A stretch of 64,000 bases of DNA from the human T2T-CHM13v2.0 reference genome, Homo sapiens. The notes beneath the pieces are model-generated. The model saw only the letters and a list, made by a program, of their open reading frames with translations, ran no database searches and was not told the origin of the DNA. This document shows, in pieces, positions 14,301-26,874 of the stretch. Positions within the stretch are counted from its first letter, which is position 1. The number at the start of each line of letters is the position of its first letter. The stretch lies in NCBI RefSeq assembly GCF_009914755.1, contig NC_060928.1. One strand, written 5' to 3'. Made by a program: the position numbers and the translations under genes.

Positions 14301-14850
14301 TCCCGTTACTGGGTATATACCCAAAGGAGTATAAATCAATCTACTATAAAGACACATGCCCATGTATGTTTATTGCAGCACTGTTTACAATAGCAAAGAC
14401 TTGGAACCAACCCAAATGCCCATCAATGATAGACTGGATAAAGAAAATATGGCACATATATACCACGGAATACTATCCAGCCATAAAAAAGAATGAGTTC
14501 ATGTCCCCTTGCAGGGACATGGATGAAGCTGGAAACCTTCATCCATGTAACAAAGTAACACAGGAAGAGAAAACCAAACACTGCATACTCTCACCCAAAA
14601 GTGGGAGTTGAACAGTGAGAACACATGGACACAGCAATGGGAACATCACACACTGGGGCCTGTTGGGGGGTGGGGGCCAAAGGCAGGGATAGCATTAGGA
14701 CAAACAGCTAATGCATGTGGGGCTTAAAATCCAGATGATGGGTTGCTGGGTGCCACAAACCACCATGGCACATGTATACCTATGTAACAAACCTGCACGT
14801 TCTGCACATGTACCCCAGAACTTAAACTATAATAATAAAAAAGAAAAATA
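8330..14850 (+). mobile_element. Full-length but dead L1PA (L1PA8-like) with inverted first ~90 bp
   Basis: 5'UTR present. ORF1 remnants (start ATG mutated to ACG at ~9629; fragments 9868-10753). ORF2 remnants from ATG 10817 (MTGSNSHITILTL, endonuclease SCCIQETH-like and GDFNT motifs, RT GCPLSP). 3'UTR has an L1PA8-like segment (cattaggacaaa...taatgcatgtggggcttaaaa) and an A-rich tail at ~14830-14850. Many stops and frameshifts. Confidence 0.95.
10408..10537 (-). mobile_element. Short antisense L1PA 3'-end inserted into ORF1 of the host L1
   Basis: ttaagttttagggtacatgtgcacaatgtgcaggtttgttacatatgtatacatgtg, with TSD TTCAACATTCTT at 10396-10407 and 10538-10549. Confidence 0.9.
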
Positions 14851-14990
14851 GAAAAACTAACTATTGGGAACTATGGTCAGTACCTAAGTGACGGAATCAT
14901 TTGTACCCCAAACCTCAGCGTCATGCAATGTACCCATGTAACAAATTTGCACATACATCCCTGAATTGAAAATAAAAGTAGGAAAAAAAA
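14851..14990 (+). mobile_element. Second, older L1 3' terminus directly after the L1PA tail
   Basis: gaaaaactaactattggg...ccccaaacctcagcgtcatgcaatgtacccatgtaacaaa...aataaaagt plus A run resembles older L1PA/L1PB 3' ends. Confidence 0.8.
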
Positions 14991-15497
14991 GCTAAGTACG
15001 CTTTAATAACTGTCACAATACCATTATCATGCTAAAAATAAAAATAATTCTTTAAAATCATCAGATTTCATGTCAGTGTTTACATTTCCAATTGTTTTGT
15101 AATTGTCCTCTCTTTCAGCTTTTTTTTTTGGAATTAGAAGACAAATAAAATTCACATAAGTGATTGCTGTGTCTCTCAGTTCTATTTTAATCTGTAGGTT
15201 TTACTTTCTTTCTTGCTCTCTTACTTGCAACTTATTTGTTGAAGAAACAAAGTTGTTTGTCCTGTAGATTTTCTCCGTCTGGATTTTACTGAATTTGCAG
15301 TTCGGTTTGGGTTTGCAAAATGATGATATTCTAATTTTATCATTCCTTCTTCATTTATGTCTATAAAGAAAAACTTCTCATTTGTTACCCAGTGGTATAA
15401 TTTATAAAGGAAACATAGGATAAATGCTTGATTATTTTTATTTAGGTAAAGTTCAAAAATAATGAATTGGTTCTTTAATATTCTTAATGTTGGGAAA

Positions 15498-15499
<2 letters not shown>

Positions 15500-15530
<31 letters not shown>
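15500..15530. repeat. (TG)n microsatellite
   Basis: Seen directly. Confidence 0.95.
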
Positions 15531-15531
<1 letters not shown>

Positions 15532-15574
15532 TGTGCATTGTTTTGTTTTTGGTATCATTAAGAATGAATAAACT

Positions 15575-15844
15575 GGCCAGGTACGGTGGTTCACACTTGT
15601 AATCTCAACACTTTGGGAGGCTGAGGCAGGAGGACTACTTAAGCCCAGGAGTTCAAGACCAGCCCCCATCTCTACAAAAAATAAAAAATTAGCCAGGTGT
15701 GGTGGAGCACACCTGTAGCCCCAGGTACTCAGGAAGCTGAGGTGGGAGAATCACCTGAGCTCAGGAGGTCGAGGCTGCAGTAAGCTGTGATTGTGACACT
15801 GCACTCCAGCCTGGGCAATAGACCAAGATCCTGTCTCTAAAAAA
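15575..15844 (+). mobile_element. AluJ with short internal deletion
   Basis: Alu dimer; gaccagcc joins ccatctctac. Confidence 0.9.
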
Positions 15845-16476
15845 GGCATAAACACAGGGATTTAAATATATTTTAAAACTTTTATTGTAAAATAACCTCA
15901 GATACAGAAAGCTCCACAAGATGAATCTGTAGCTTAGTGAGTTATTATAAGAAAGATATGCTTGAAATCACCACTCAGGTCGAGAGATAGAGGTCGAGAA
16001 CTCACTCCGGAGTTCCTCTCTTGCTCTATCTCAATGAAACACCTTCTTCTAAGAAGTAACAACCATCCTGAATTTTATAGAAATCATTTCCTGGACTTTC
16101 TTTTTAAAGTATTATTACCCAAGTGTGTGACCTTGACACTATAATTTAGTCTTGCCCATTGAAAAAAGATTGCTGTGTATTTTAAGTCTCAAAATCTTTT
16201 AAACTATACTTCGTTTTTTTCTCTTTTTTTTCCTAATAATTTATCTGATGAAGAACCTGGGGTGTTTGAATTGTTGAGTTTCCCACAGTCTAAATGTTAC
16301 TGATTACATATGTAATGCAACTCAAAATCGTCCTGCTATTTGTATTTCCTGAAACTTGATGGCTGGATCCAGAAGTTTGATCACAATGAATTTGATCCCT
16401 TTAACAGACTATAGGTGATATTGTGTTCTTTCACCAGGAACCACATAGTCTGGTTGTCTTTCTTTTCATGAGCTAA

Positions 16477-16838
<362 letters not shown>

Positions 16839-16855
16839 GTTTATTAGTTGGAATA

Positions 16856-18115
16856 TGTATTAAGGTTCTCCAGAGAGACATGTACAGAGATATATATCAG
16901 GAGCCAACTCCAATAGGCCTCTACTGGCCAAAGATGGAACTATGTAATCTTTAAGATAGATAGTAATTGCAACAGACTGAAACCTATCAAATGATTTTAA
17001 ATCTGTGAGTTCATAATAATATTACATAACCAACACCAAAACATACTCTAGTAACATAGACATATACAGATATACCCCTGTATATGTCTCTCTGGAGAAC
17101 CCCGACTCTATATACATAGCTGTATACACAGCTATGCATATACACAGCTATGTATATAGAGTCAGGGGTTCTCCAGAGAGACATATACATAGGATATATA
17201 TACACACACATAGGATAGGTATACACTATATATATATTGTATATACATAAGATATATATACACATATACATGTATATATCTATATATATTCATATATATT
17301 CCATGTGTATATATACATGTATGTATCTGTATATATCCATATATATTCCATGTGTATATTATAGGATATATACACACACACAGATATCCTATATATATAG
17401 GATATATTTATATACAGATACCCTATTTATATGTATTTATATATCCTATCATATGTGTATTTATTTATATATTCTATTTATATAGGATATATGTGTGTAT
17501 ATACATCTGTGTATATATCCTATATAAATAAGATAAATATATATAATAGGATATGTAAATATATATGTATAAATATGATATATATATCATATTAATTGAT
17601 AAGGGACTTATTAGAGAAATTGGCTCATGTGATTATGGAGGCTGAGAAGTCCCACAGCATGCAGCCTGCAAGCTGGAGACCCCGTGATGAGGGTAGTGTG
17701 GCTCAGTCCAAGTCTGAAAGCCTCAGAACATGGGAAGCTGATGGTGTAACTCTCAGTCTGAGGCCCAAGGTCTGAGAACCTGGGTGTCAGGAGGAGTAGC
17801 CTGGTATAAATCCTGGAGCCTAAAGGCCATAGAAGCTGGAGTTGTGATGTCCAAGGGCAGGAGAAGAAGAATGTCTCAGCTCCAGGAGAGAGAGAGGAAA
17901 TCATTTTTCTGCTTCCTTTTTTGTTCTATCGGGGTCTCCAGCAGACTGGATATTGCCTGTCCATACTAGGGGCAGATGCTTCTCACCAAGTCCACAGACT
18001 CACATGACAAGCTCCTCTAGAAACACCCTCACAGACATGCCCAGAAATAATGCTTTACCAGTTCTCTAGGTATTCTTTAATCCAGTCAAGTTGACACCTA
18101 AAATTAATCATCACA
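16856..18115 (-). mobile_element. MLT2B-like LTR, antisense, with rearranged end and an internal TA-rich low-complexity expansion (~17190-17595)
   Basis: Starts tgtattaaggttctccagaga and ends aagttgacacctaaaattaatcatcaca. Body includes gaaattggctcatgtgattatggaggctgagaagtccca. Confidence 0.8.
17079..17189. repeat. Near-perfect hairpin/palindrome: 45-bp stem, 20-nt loop
   Basis: 17079-17123 is the reverse complement of 17144-17189 except for one unpaired A at 17164. Confidence 0.95.
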
Positions 18116-18697
18116 CAATTCTTTTACAAAGATAAGCTTCCCCTCATGTCTAATTTGGTTTAGTTCATAGAGGTCTGCACAAATACCTCATTCTTTCCAC
18201 TTACTTATAAGTTTTCAAGGTCATGAAGTGGCTTCCTGTTATCATCCCAAGGTGACCAATTAGTATTCTATTTCATTTTTGTAATATCATTATGAACTCA
18301 GAGATTTAAAATTATCTATTTTAAAGACTACATTGCTCCATCTTTGGCCAGTAGAGGCCTATTTGAGTTGGCTCCTGAGTCCTTTGACAGAATCTTAGTA
18401 ATCTTTGATAGCTTTCCTGGAATCTGGGACGACAATATGTTCCAAACTCATCTTGCATATTTTGGGTCATAGACCTGGTATCAACCAATTTCCCAACAGG
18501 CCCCAGATGCTAGATCATAATCCGGGTTCTAGGGGTCCTAGCTATGACTGTGTTTTTAGGTCTCTATAGCGACAGAGCTAAGATATACATGTAGGATATG
18601 TGTGTGTGTGCGTGAGTGTGTCTTTATAATAATCCCTGAGTAAATTCTAATCTTTTCCATTTAAATTCAGGATTATAGGATTATGGAGTTCATTACT

Positions 18698-18955
18698 CTT
18701 TTTTTTTGAGACAGGGTCTCACTCTGTCACCCAGGCTGGAGTGCAGTGGTGTGATCATGGCTCACTGCAGCCTTGACTTCCTGGGCTCAAGCAATCCTCC
18801 TGTCTCAGCCTCCTGAGTAGCTGGGACTACAGGTGGGAGCCACCACGCCCAGCTAATTTTTTTGTACTGTTTGTAGAGATGAGGTTTCACCATGTTGCCC
18901 AAGCTGGTTTGGAACTCCTGGCTCAAGGTATCTGCTGGCCTCGGCCTCCCAAAGG
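18698..18955 (-). mobile_element. AluJ, antisense, 5'-truncated
   Basis: tttgagacagggtctcactctgtcacccaggctggagtgcagtgg...ctcggcctcccaaag. Confidence 0.9.
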
Positions 18956-21900
18956 GCTTTTGCTCTTTTGTATCAAATTTGTATCTCCTTTCTTTCACAC
19001 TGAGAATCCTGATTCTCATGGATGCATTGGTTAAAGAAAGAGAATAATTCAAAATTACTAATATACTTTATTCCACATTATACATACAACATTCTCAGAA
19101 TAACAATAATATTGCCATCACTAGTATAATTATTGAGAGCAGTTGAAATTATTTTTGCACATATGCTCTCCGTTCTCCCCACCTTTTTAAAAGCTGCACT
19201 ATATCAATGCTAAGTATTTAGTTATTATATACCGTGCTGTCTCCCGTTTAGCCTCACTTAATTACATTTTTACAAGTAACTATATGTTTTATGTTTATCA
19301 CCTGTTCTTACGACAATGCCTCTCTAGTTATTTTGGTTGACTGAAACTCTTTATCTAGTAGATTCCCCAGCAATGGTTTGAGAAAATAATATTCCTTGAA
19401 TTCTTGCCTGTTGATAGCAGTTTGCTTTAGCCTCTCATACCTAAAAGTCAGTTTGCTGACTTATAAAATCCTTACTTCACATTTTCTTATCTTGAATGCA
19501 TTAGGTATATTACCTTATTTTTCCTGGCATGAAGCATTACTGTCAAAGTCTTAATGATAATCTAATATCCCTTCCCTTATGAATCACTTGTTGCTTTTGC
19601 CTAGAAGCCCAAAGGACTTTACCTTCAAAGTTCAGTAATTTTATTAGAATATGTTTTGGTGTTGGTCATTTTGGGCCAATATTCTCAGGTACATGATATG
19701 CTCTTTAAATGAGAGTTTTTAATCTTCTTTTTTTAAATTCAGGGAAACTTCCTTCGATGATATGTTTGTTATTCGTTTGTTTTTTAGTACTTCTGCTGTT
19801 CTCTCACTTTTGTTATCTTCTTTAGGCCTCCTATAATCTACAATTTGGATGTTCTTTGCCAATCTTTAATATAATTCACTTTTTCCCAAATACTTTTTAT
19901 TTATTTATTTTTTTAACTTTAAAATATTTCCCTCTTTTTTGCCTTCTACTTCCATTGAATAATTACCTATTATATTTATTCTCTTTTGTGTTCCCTCTAG
20001 ATTAGTTTTCATTTCTAAAATAATTTTTTCTTTCATGCTAATATTTTCCTGAGTCCTGATATTTATTTTCTGAATTATTCTAGTTTCCATGTATTTTTTT
20101 CACCTATTGTGTCATTTTCTTGATACTTCTTTACTATTTTAAAAATAGAAGCTTAGGGTTTTAATTTATTATTTAATTATGTCTTTTAAGCATACTTTGT
20201 CTATCAGGTTGTTATTCTGCTCCTATGGGATTTAACCTTCATAGTTTTTTGCTGTTTGTTTTATATGAAAGTGGTTTTCCTGTACTTTTAGAAAGAAATG
20301 TGGTTCAGGGTAACTTTCAAACTTCACACGGCTCCCTCTTCTGTTGCTTTCGTGTTATGTTAAAAAAAAATAGCAGCTTTCTAAGATTTCTTGGATCCAT
20401 TCCCCTCTCCCATATTTATCTGTGTCTTCTCTATTGTCTATATCCTGTGCAATTTTTATTCCACTCCCAGAAGTTTCTCCTGTATGTGAGTCTGTCTTAG
20501 AAAGCAGCTGTAGTGGCTTAGAATCCTTAGGGGCTAGACTGGTCTAGATCCTTCAGCTGTGCTATGAACCATTGGCACCCATCAGCAATAATTCTTGACT
20601 GCTTTGGGTTCTGCTGTTCTCATGTTCATCAGATTTCCTGCTGCTTTCCTCCGCTCACTCCTGCATAGACTCTCTAGGTCTTGTGGCAGTTGTGGACTTT
20701 GTCCTTAGTCACCTTGGAGTTAGTGGATATAACTTGTCATAAGGGGTGGTAACTAATCAAAAACTGCCTCAACGTTTCCTCTGCTCCCTATACATGTGCA
20801 TCCTGATCTGACACCAAAAGGTAGAGAGTATTTCTCCTTATGAATCTGAGATCTCCTGGTGATTGATTGACCAACAGAATATGGAAAAATGATATTCTAG
20901 GAACTCTTGGCCCCCAGCCTTCAGGTTGTGAGAAGGCCAAGCCAAGGAGAGGCCATGTAAAGAACTAAAGTGCTCAGAATTACAGCTCCAGCTGAGCTCT
21001 CAGGTAACAACTATGAAAGTGGCATCTGAAATGTTCTGCCCCAACTGAGTCTTCAGATGACTACAATGCTAGCTGTGAGAGATAAGAAAATGGTAGTTGT
21101 TTTAAAATGCAAAGTATTGAAGTGGTTTTTGATATAGCAATAGATAACAAAAATGCCTAGTTTTATTGTAAATGTTATCCACAGTTTTCAATTTTGTTAT
21201 CTAATTGCTCCTCTGTTTTTATGTAGGGATTTGAAGAGAGTCTAAAATAATGTCTTGTAATGCAATCTGCCCAAATCTGCCCAGAATCCAATTCTGTCAT
21301 AAGATTATAAGGTTCTTCTAGCATAGATCTCAGTTAAGACCCATGAAACCATCAGAGAGTGTAATTCAGAACCAGAGCAAATCACAGGGAATTTATAGCT
21401 TCCCCATATGGACTTTGGCTTTCTAATCAACCCTAAATGAAAATAGACATCTCTTTCCTCATTGTCTGCACCACCCTCCCCCGCATATTATAGTTCACAC
21501 TAAATATGTTGATAATCCATATATCTGACATTAGTTGCCTGAATAAATTGGGCACTCTAATTTTCTAGATCCATGTTAGGAGCATCAGCTCAATTTTTTT
21601 TTAACAATTAAAGCATTTTTTTAAAAGTTACAGTGAGTTATGCAGATACTGTAATCAAGTTAATAGTTTGGCTAATTTTCAAGCCAATCCACTCAGTCAT
21701 TCAAAGAGTACTGAGTGATTATTAAGAACTGTTCTAGGTATCCAGGCACTGATTATAGATCAGTAAACAAGCAAACATCCCTACTCTTAAGGAAATTAAG
21801 GTCCAGCAGCTGATATTCTCTAAATTCTTGTTCAGTGGCCATCCTGCCGTCACTTGAACACGCTCCTGGGAAATTGCCAAACCCATTTCCAGCTCCCTAC

Positions 21901-22268
21901 AACTTTTAGTACGCTTCCTCGAAAATGTTTTGGTAAATATCATTTTATCCATTTCATTACATTTTCGGTGGTGGCACAGAGTCCCTTCAAGATTAGTTTC
22001 CTTGGATGCTACCCAGCTAGTATTCCCCTTAATCCAATTCTGATTTCAAAGAATCATTAAAATGTGGCAAACGGGGAATGATTAAGTGTTAAGTGTTAGA
22101 TCTAAATTTCTTGAATAACACAATAGCTACTTAAGGGGGGTACTTTAGTGGACGCTTTATTAGATTAGTAGGAGTTTGGGAACTTTGTGTGTATATGGGG
22201 GTGGGGAGATGAGAGGAAAAGGAGGTGAGTAGTAGAGGTTGTTAAAAGAGGAAAAAGGAAGAAATAAA

Positions 22269-22363
22269 AGCCCATATTCTCAAAACCAACAATTTAAGGA
22301 ACTCTAGTATTTTAGTAGCTTTCTCCATGTACAACCTGGAAATGTACATTAACAGGAAACTTT
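22269..22363. repeat. Inverted repeat, left arm (partner 24027-24121)
   Basis: Hand alignment gives 90/95 identity, ungapped, to the reverse complement of 24027-24121. Confidence 0.95.
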
Positions 22364-22538
22364 CTACCCACCCCTGCCTCCGCCTTTCCCATCCTTGGGT
22401 CTGCTGGGATCTGTCGGTGGGTAGAAGACATTGTCATTGTTCATAAGACTGCCTGAATGTGAATGACATATATTTAGAAATCAAAATAAAGTTTTGGGAA
22501 GATCTTCAATTTAATGGAAACTAGTCTAGTCATTTGGG

Positions 22539-22682
22539 AACCACAAGAGCTTTTTAGGGAAAATGTGCCTCTGCCAGCTGGAGGAAGTGTGGGTGTACCG
22601 GGGTCCCGGTGACACCTTGTGATGTCAGTCACCCCCAGCCTGAGGTTGATTGGCTATGAAGAGCTGCAGCAGAGTTTAAATT
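22539..22682 (+). promoter_or_regulatory. DMP1: DMP1 proximal promoter: RUNX site AACCACA (22539-22545), Ets-like GAGGAAGT (22581-22588), CRE-like TGATGTCA (22620-22627), inverted CCAAT ATTGG (22649-22653), TATA-like TTTAAA (22675-22680)
   Basis: Motifs are read directly, just upstream of exon 1. An inverted CCAAT plus variant TATA is the arrangement described for the SIBLING promoters of SPP1 and IBSP. Occupancy cannot be shown from sequence. Confidence 0.7.
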
Positions 22683-22704
22683 CCTGCACCATCAGAGAAG
22701 TGTC

Positions 22705-22810
22705 CAGAATATCAACACAAGAGTGGCTTCATTGGGCATAGATTTCCTCTTTGAGAACATCAACCTGATTTTTGAGACTTTTTGAAAAAATTCTTTGTGA
22801 ACTACGGAGG
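22705..22810 (+). other. DMP1: DMP1 exon 1 (non-coding 5'UTR); start approximate
   Basis: Matches the recalled DMP1 mRNA 5' end (caacacaagagtggcttcattgggcatagatttcc...ctacggagg). Strong donor GTAAGT at 22811. Lies ~25 bp downstream of TTTAAA. Confidence 0.85.
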
Positions 22811-24026
22811 GTAAGTCATTTTCATCATTTAATTTTTTAAAATGACTTTTGCTGGTTGTTTGGAAAATATTAAATATGTATACATGTTTGAGGCATTATA
22901 CCATGTAGAGAGAGATGGGAGAGCTGCGCTTTGGGTAAAAACAGTTCCTATTTTTGTGCCTGTTGTTTATGCCACAGTAAATAATGATATGAAAATGACA
23001 TGTTAAGACAATACAGCCAGGTGTTTTTCTTGGTAATGCTTTAATTAGATCTCTGCATGACACTTCTAAAAGGGATAGTTTATAGAACAGGAGGCAGATG
23101 GAAGGTCATTTTGAAATTTAGTTTTAATTAGCAAAACGTATAAAACTTTTACAGTGTGTTTCATGAATAAGGGAATGTTTGCAACCTACAAGATTGTGAA
23201 AAAAAAGCTAAACTTATTGAATGGCAGGACTTTAAAAAGAATTTTTTTTAAATTAAAATGTTATTCATCTAGAGAGCATCTAGTAACATTTATTATGAAC
23301 TGCATAAGTAACTAAAAGATGATTAAACTACTGAAATAACTGAGGGTGTGATAATTATGTTTTTTGTATTCATGTTAGCATGATGCCTTGAATACAGTTA
23401 GAATTCAATAAATGTTGAATATAATTATATTTTAAAATATTGCATTTTAAAACATATATTTTAAAATGTCCATATGTATTTTTATTTACTGTATTTAGTG
23501 CACTTCTTCATCTGTGTGACGTTTAGAAGAGTCCATGTGTTTTAGCAACTTGTCTTCCTTAAGAGCAGTAACTTGTGGTTAACCATACTTTCTGTTTAAC
23601 TGAGGCTTGACTATCTTATTTTAACTTTGTTGTTTAAAAATGCGAACAAACTATTTTCTAAAGGGTATTAGTCCACTTACCTACCTGAAAATGGTGATGT
23701 AAAACAATGTGCCTCAGATGCTTAGAGGCCTTCCAAATCTATATTTAATTTTGGGGGCACCTCAGAGGTATATTCCTGTGATTAAAAGCATATAATATTG
23801 GATTCATCGTAATTGACCTGAAGACACATACAATAGGAAGAATTGGATTTTTTTTTGGTTTGTTTGTTTCTCTGGATTCCTGGTAGAGTTCATATCCTGG
23901 CCAAGTTTGATTCTATTTTCAAAGAGTAATAAGAAAACAAATTCTAGCAGGTTCTAGTTAGTTGGATTCTGGTTAATTTTATTATTATAAAACCAACTTA
24001 TTTTATTATTATTGTTTATTATTATT

Positions 24027-24121
24027 AAAGTTTCCTGCTAATGTACATTTACAGGTTGTACATGGAGAAAGCTACCAAAATATTAGAGTTTCTTAAATTG
24101 TTGGTTTTGAGAATATGGGCT
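24027..24121. repeat. Inverted repeat, right arm, in DMP1 intron 1
   Basis: Reverse complement of 22269-22363 with 5 substitutions. Confidence 0.95.
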
Positions 24122-25657
24122 AGAAAAGTGCCTAACACATTGCATGTTCATAAATATTTACTGACTGCTAATGAATGAATGTATTGTTCAGTTGTGTTCT
24201 TGAAGATAACAATACTAAGACAAATAAAGCAAATTAATATGATGAATTGTTTTCCAAAAGAAAAAAGAGTCTATGACTTTTCAAACCTTTATTTTCTTCT
24301 TTTGGCCTATTTCCTTCATTTTGGTTTACATAAAAGAAGATATATATTTTACAAATGTATCTTAACCTTGAGAAAATGCTAGAACAAATTTCCTTACTTA
24401 AGAGCCGAAAGAAGTTTTGGCTACACACCTGAAATCTTGACTTTAGTTTCCCTCTCCACATTCTAAACATTTGGCTCTTTTCAACTCTATGAAAACAATT
24501 CACAGGGGCAGAAATTCTCTAATACACCGCCTTCCAAATGGATGGAACTCAAGTTGTTTATTTCCTTTTGTTACGTCATCTCACTGTAGAATGACAGCAT
24601 GTAGAATGTAGAAATAACATTAACCAATCACTGAAGAAGAACTCAAAGTTCTGGACTTTTAATTGCAGGCTTGTAGCTGTGGTTCACATTTATTATTCAG
24701 AATACGGCTACTGCCTATCTGCTTCTACTCTTTTTTGAATAGTAGCCAAAATGTTTATAAAAGTTTGGAGCTCTTGTTTGGAAATGCACTTCACAAAATT
24801 ATAATTATTTTTATCAGAAATACCAAATGCAAACCTAACAAGGGGTTTAAGATCTGATTTTCTTTAATGCTTACAGTTGGACTATATTTTTTGGGTGGCA
24901 ACATCAGCTCTCTCAGAACTCTAGAGTGTCTTTTATTTTAGTTTACTAGACTTGCATCTGGGAAATTATTGCTTTAGGTCAGGATGCTAACGAGTATTTC
25001 TAGAATCCTGAGCAAGTTAGGGCATCTTTCTTGTGTTTTAGAATCTTCCATCCCTAAGAAACTTGAGCACTTGGGGCATGCACTTCTTTGTGAGAAAACA
25101 CAACGTTCATTGGTTTAGAATAAATGCACAATGGCATCCCCAGTTTTCTAATTATTTAGATTAGAGAAGCTAAAGAAAATACAAGAGAATTCAATAGTCA
25201 TTGACCTTCTGTCAAGGCTCTAACATTTGCTAGCTTTCAGAGAATCATGAAATTATAACCCTATTCAAATTTCACTTTGAAAATTAAAATGATGAGGTAA
25301 CTTTCATTTGATCTGTGAAACTGAAAGCATTGAAAGGGTTATTTTGAGAAATATCATATTTGAGAAAATTTTGCTTTCCTGAAGAAATAAACCTAACACA
25401 TTTTTTAAAAAGTTTTGATTGTGGTATCTAAAGAGAAGTAACATCTATTAAATTAAGCTTGATTTTGGTATAGTTAAGCATTTTCATATGTTTTTCTCTG
25501 TTGATATTAATTGAAGGATTTTTAAAAGAAATTAAGATAGTATCAAACATAAGGACTGATATACACTATGCGAATTAGAATAAAGAAAGTAGCACAAATT
25601 AAGAATAACTATGCTGAGGAGAGATAATGCCCATAATATACATGAGAGGTTGTTTGA

Positions 25658-26038
<381 letters not shown>

Positions 26039-26220
26039 TAGATCAAGTGTTAAAATCTCTTGTGGAACTTTAAAAACAAACCTATTCCTGTGCCCACCCA
26101 AGTGAATGGATTTATTGCCCTGGGATGGGATTTGTGCATTGGCATTTTTAAAACTCTTCCCAGTTGATAGTAATATATATTTAGGGTTGAGAATCTTTGG
26201 CTTTTAACTCCTATCATTAT

Positions 26221-26863
26221 TTTAGGGGCCAAGGGAAAACTTCCCCCTCACCCTCTGAAGGTTTGCTGAAAATCAACTGACAAAATATAGATTAATAGGA
26301 GAAAAGGAATACAAAATTATTTTTATGTGACACAGGAGCCTTCAGAACGAAGACCTAAAGATACAGGAGAAACTGTCCATCTTTATGCTTATGTCCAACA
26401 AAACATGGGCAGCCATGTAGAAATATGATTGGACAAAAAGGTTTTGACCTTATACTAGTAGACCAAGTGGGGTGGCCCAGCAAAGCCTGTCCAGATTCTT
26501 CTTGGCCTCTCCGTGCAGCATTTCTTCCTTCTTGATATGGGACAGGACCTTCTCTGCAATGCGGGTCTTATGACATACAATTAAACTAGGGGGGTCAGAG
26601 AATTTCTTTAAGGCCAGTTGTTACACAGAAAGACAGGGGGACTTAGGGTAATATTTTCAGGTTTTATTGCTGGCTTTGGGGAAAAGAGGTTCTGGTTTCT
26701 ATAACCTGCCTTTGGGAAAGAGGGATTCTAGTTTCTATGGTTAGTCTCAGGGGAGAATGAGGGGCCAGAGATAGGAGGGCAGGGGAAGGTCAGAGAGAAG
26801 CTTTTGCTTCTGAGGCTGCTTCTGAGGCCTTCATTATGGAGTATTGTTTTCTGAGTTCCTATA
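26221..26863 (-). mobile_element. ERV1 solo LTR (MER39-like), antisense, in intron 1
   Basis: Reverse complement begins ...ctcagaaaacaatactccataatgaaggcctcagaagcagcctcagaagcaaaag, the recalled MER39-type start. Confidence 0.65.
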
Positions 26864-26874
26864 CCAGTAAACTA

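Noticed and set aside
9868-14611. L1 ORF1/ORF2 fragments as functional genes
   Set aside because: ORF1 start is mutated, there is an internal insertion, there are many stops and frameshifts, and the RT FADD motif is deleted.
17011-17595. Tyr/Ile-rich ORFs
   Set aside because: Translations of (TA)-rich low-complexity DNA.
23574-24684. Additional RUNX motifs TGTGGTT (23574, 24678) in intron 1
   Set aside because: 7-mers occur by chance every few kb and cannot be supported without conservation or ChIP data.
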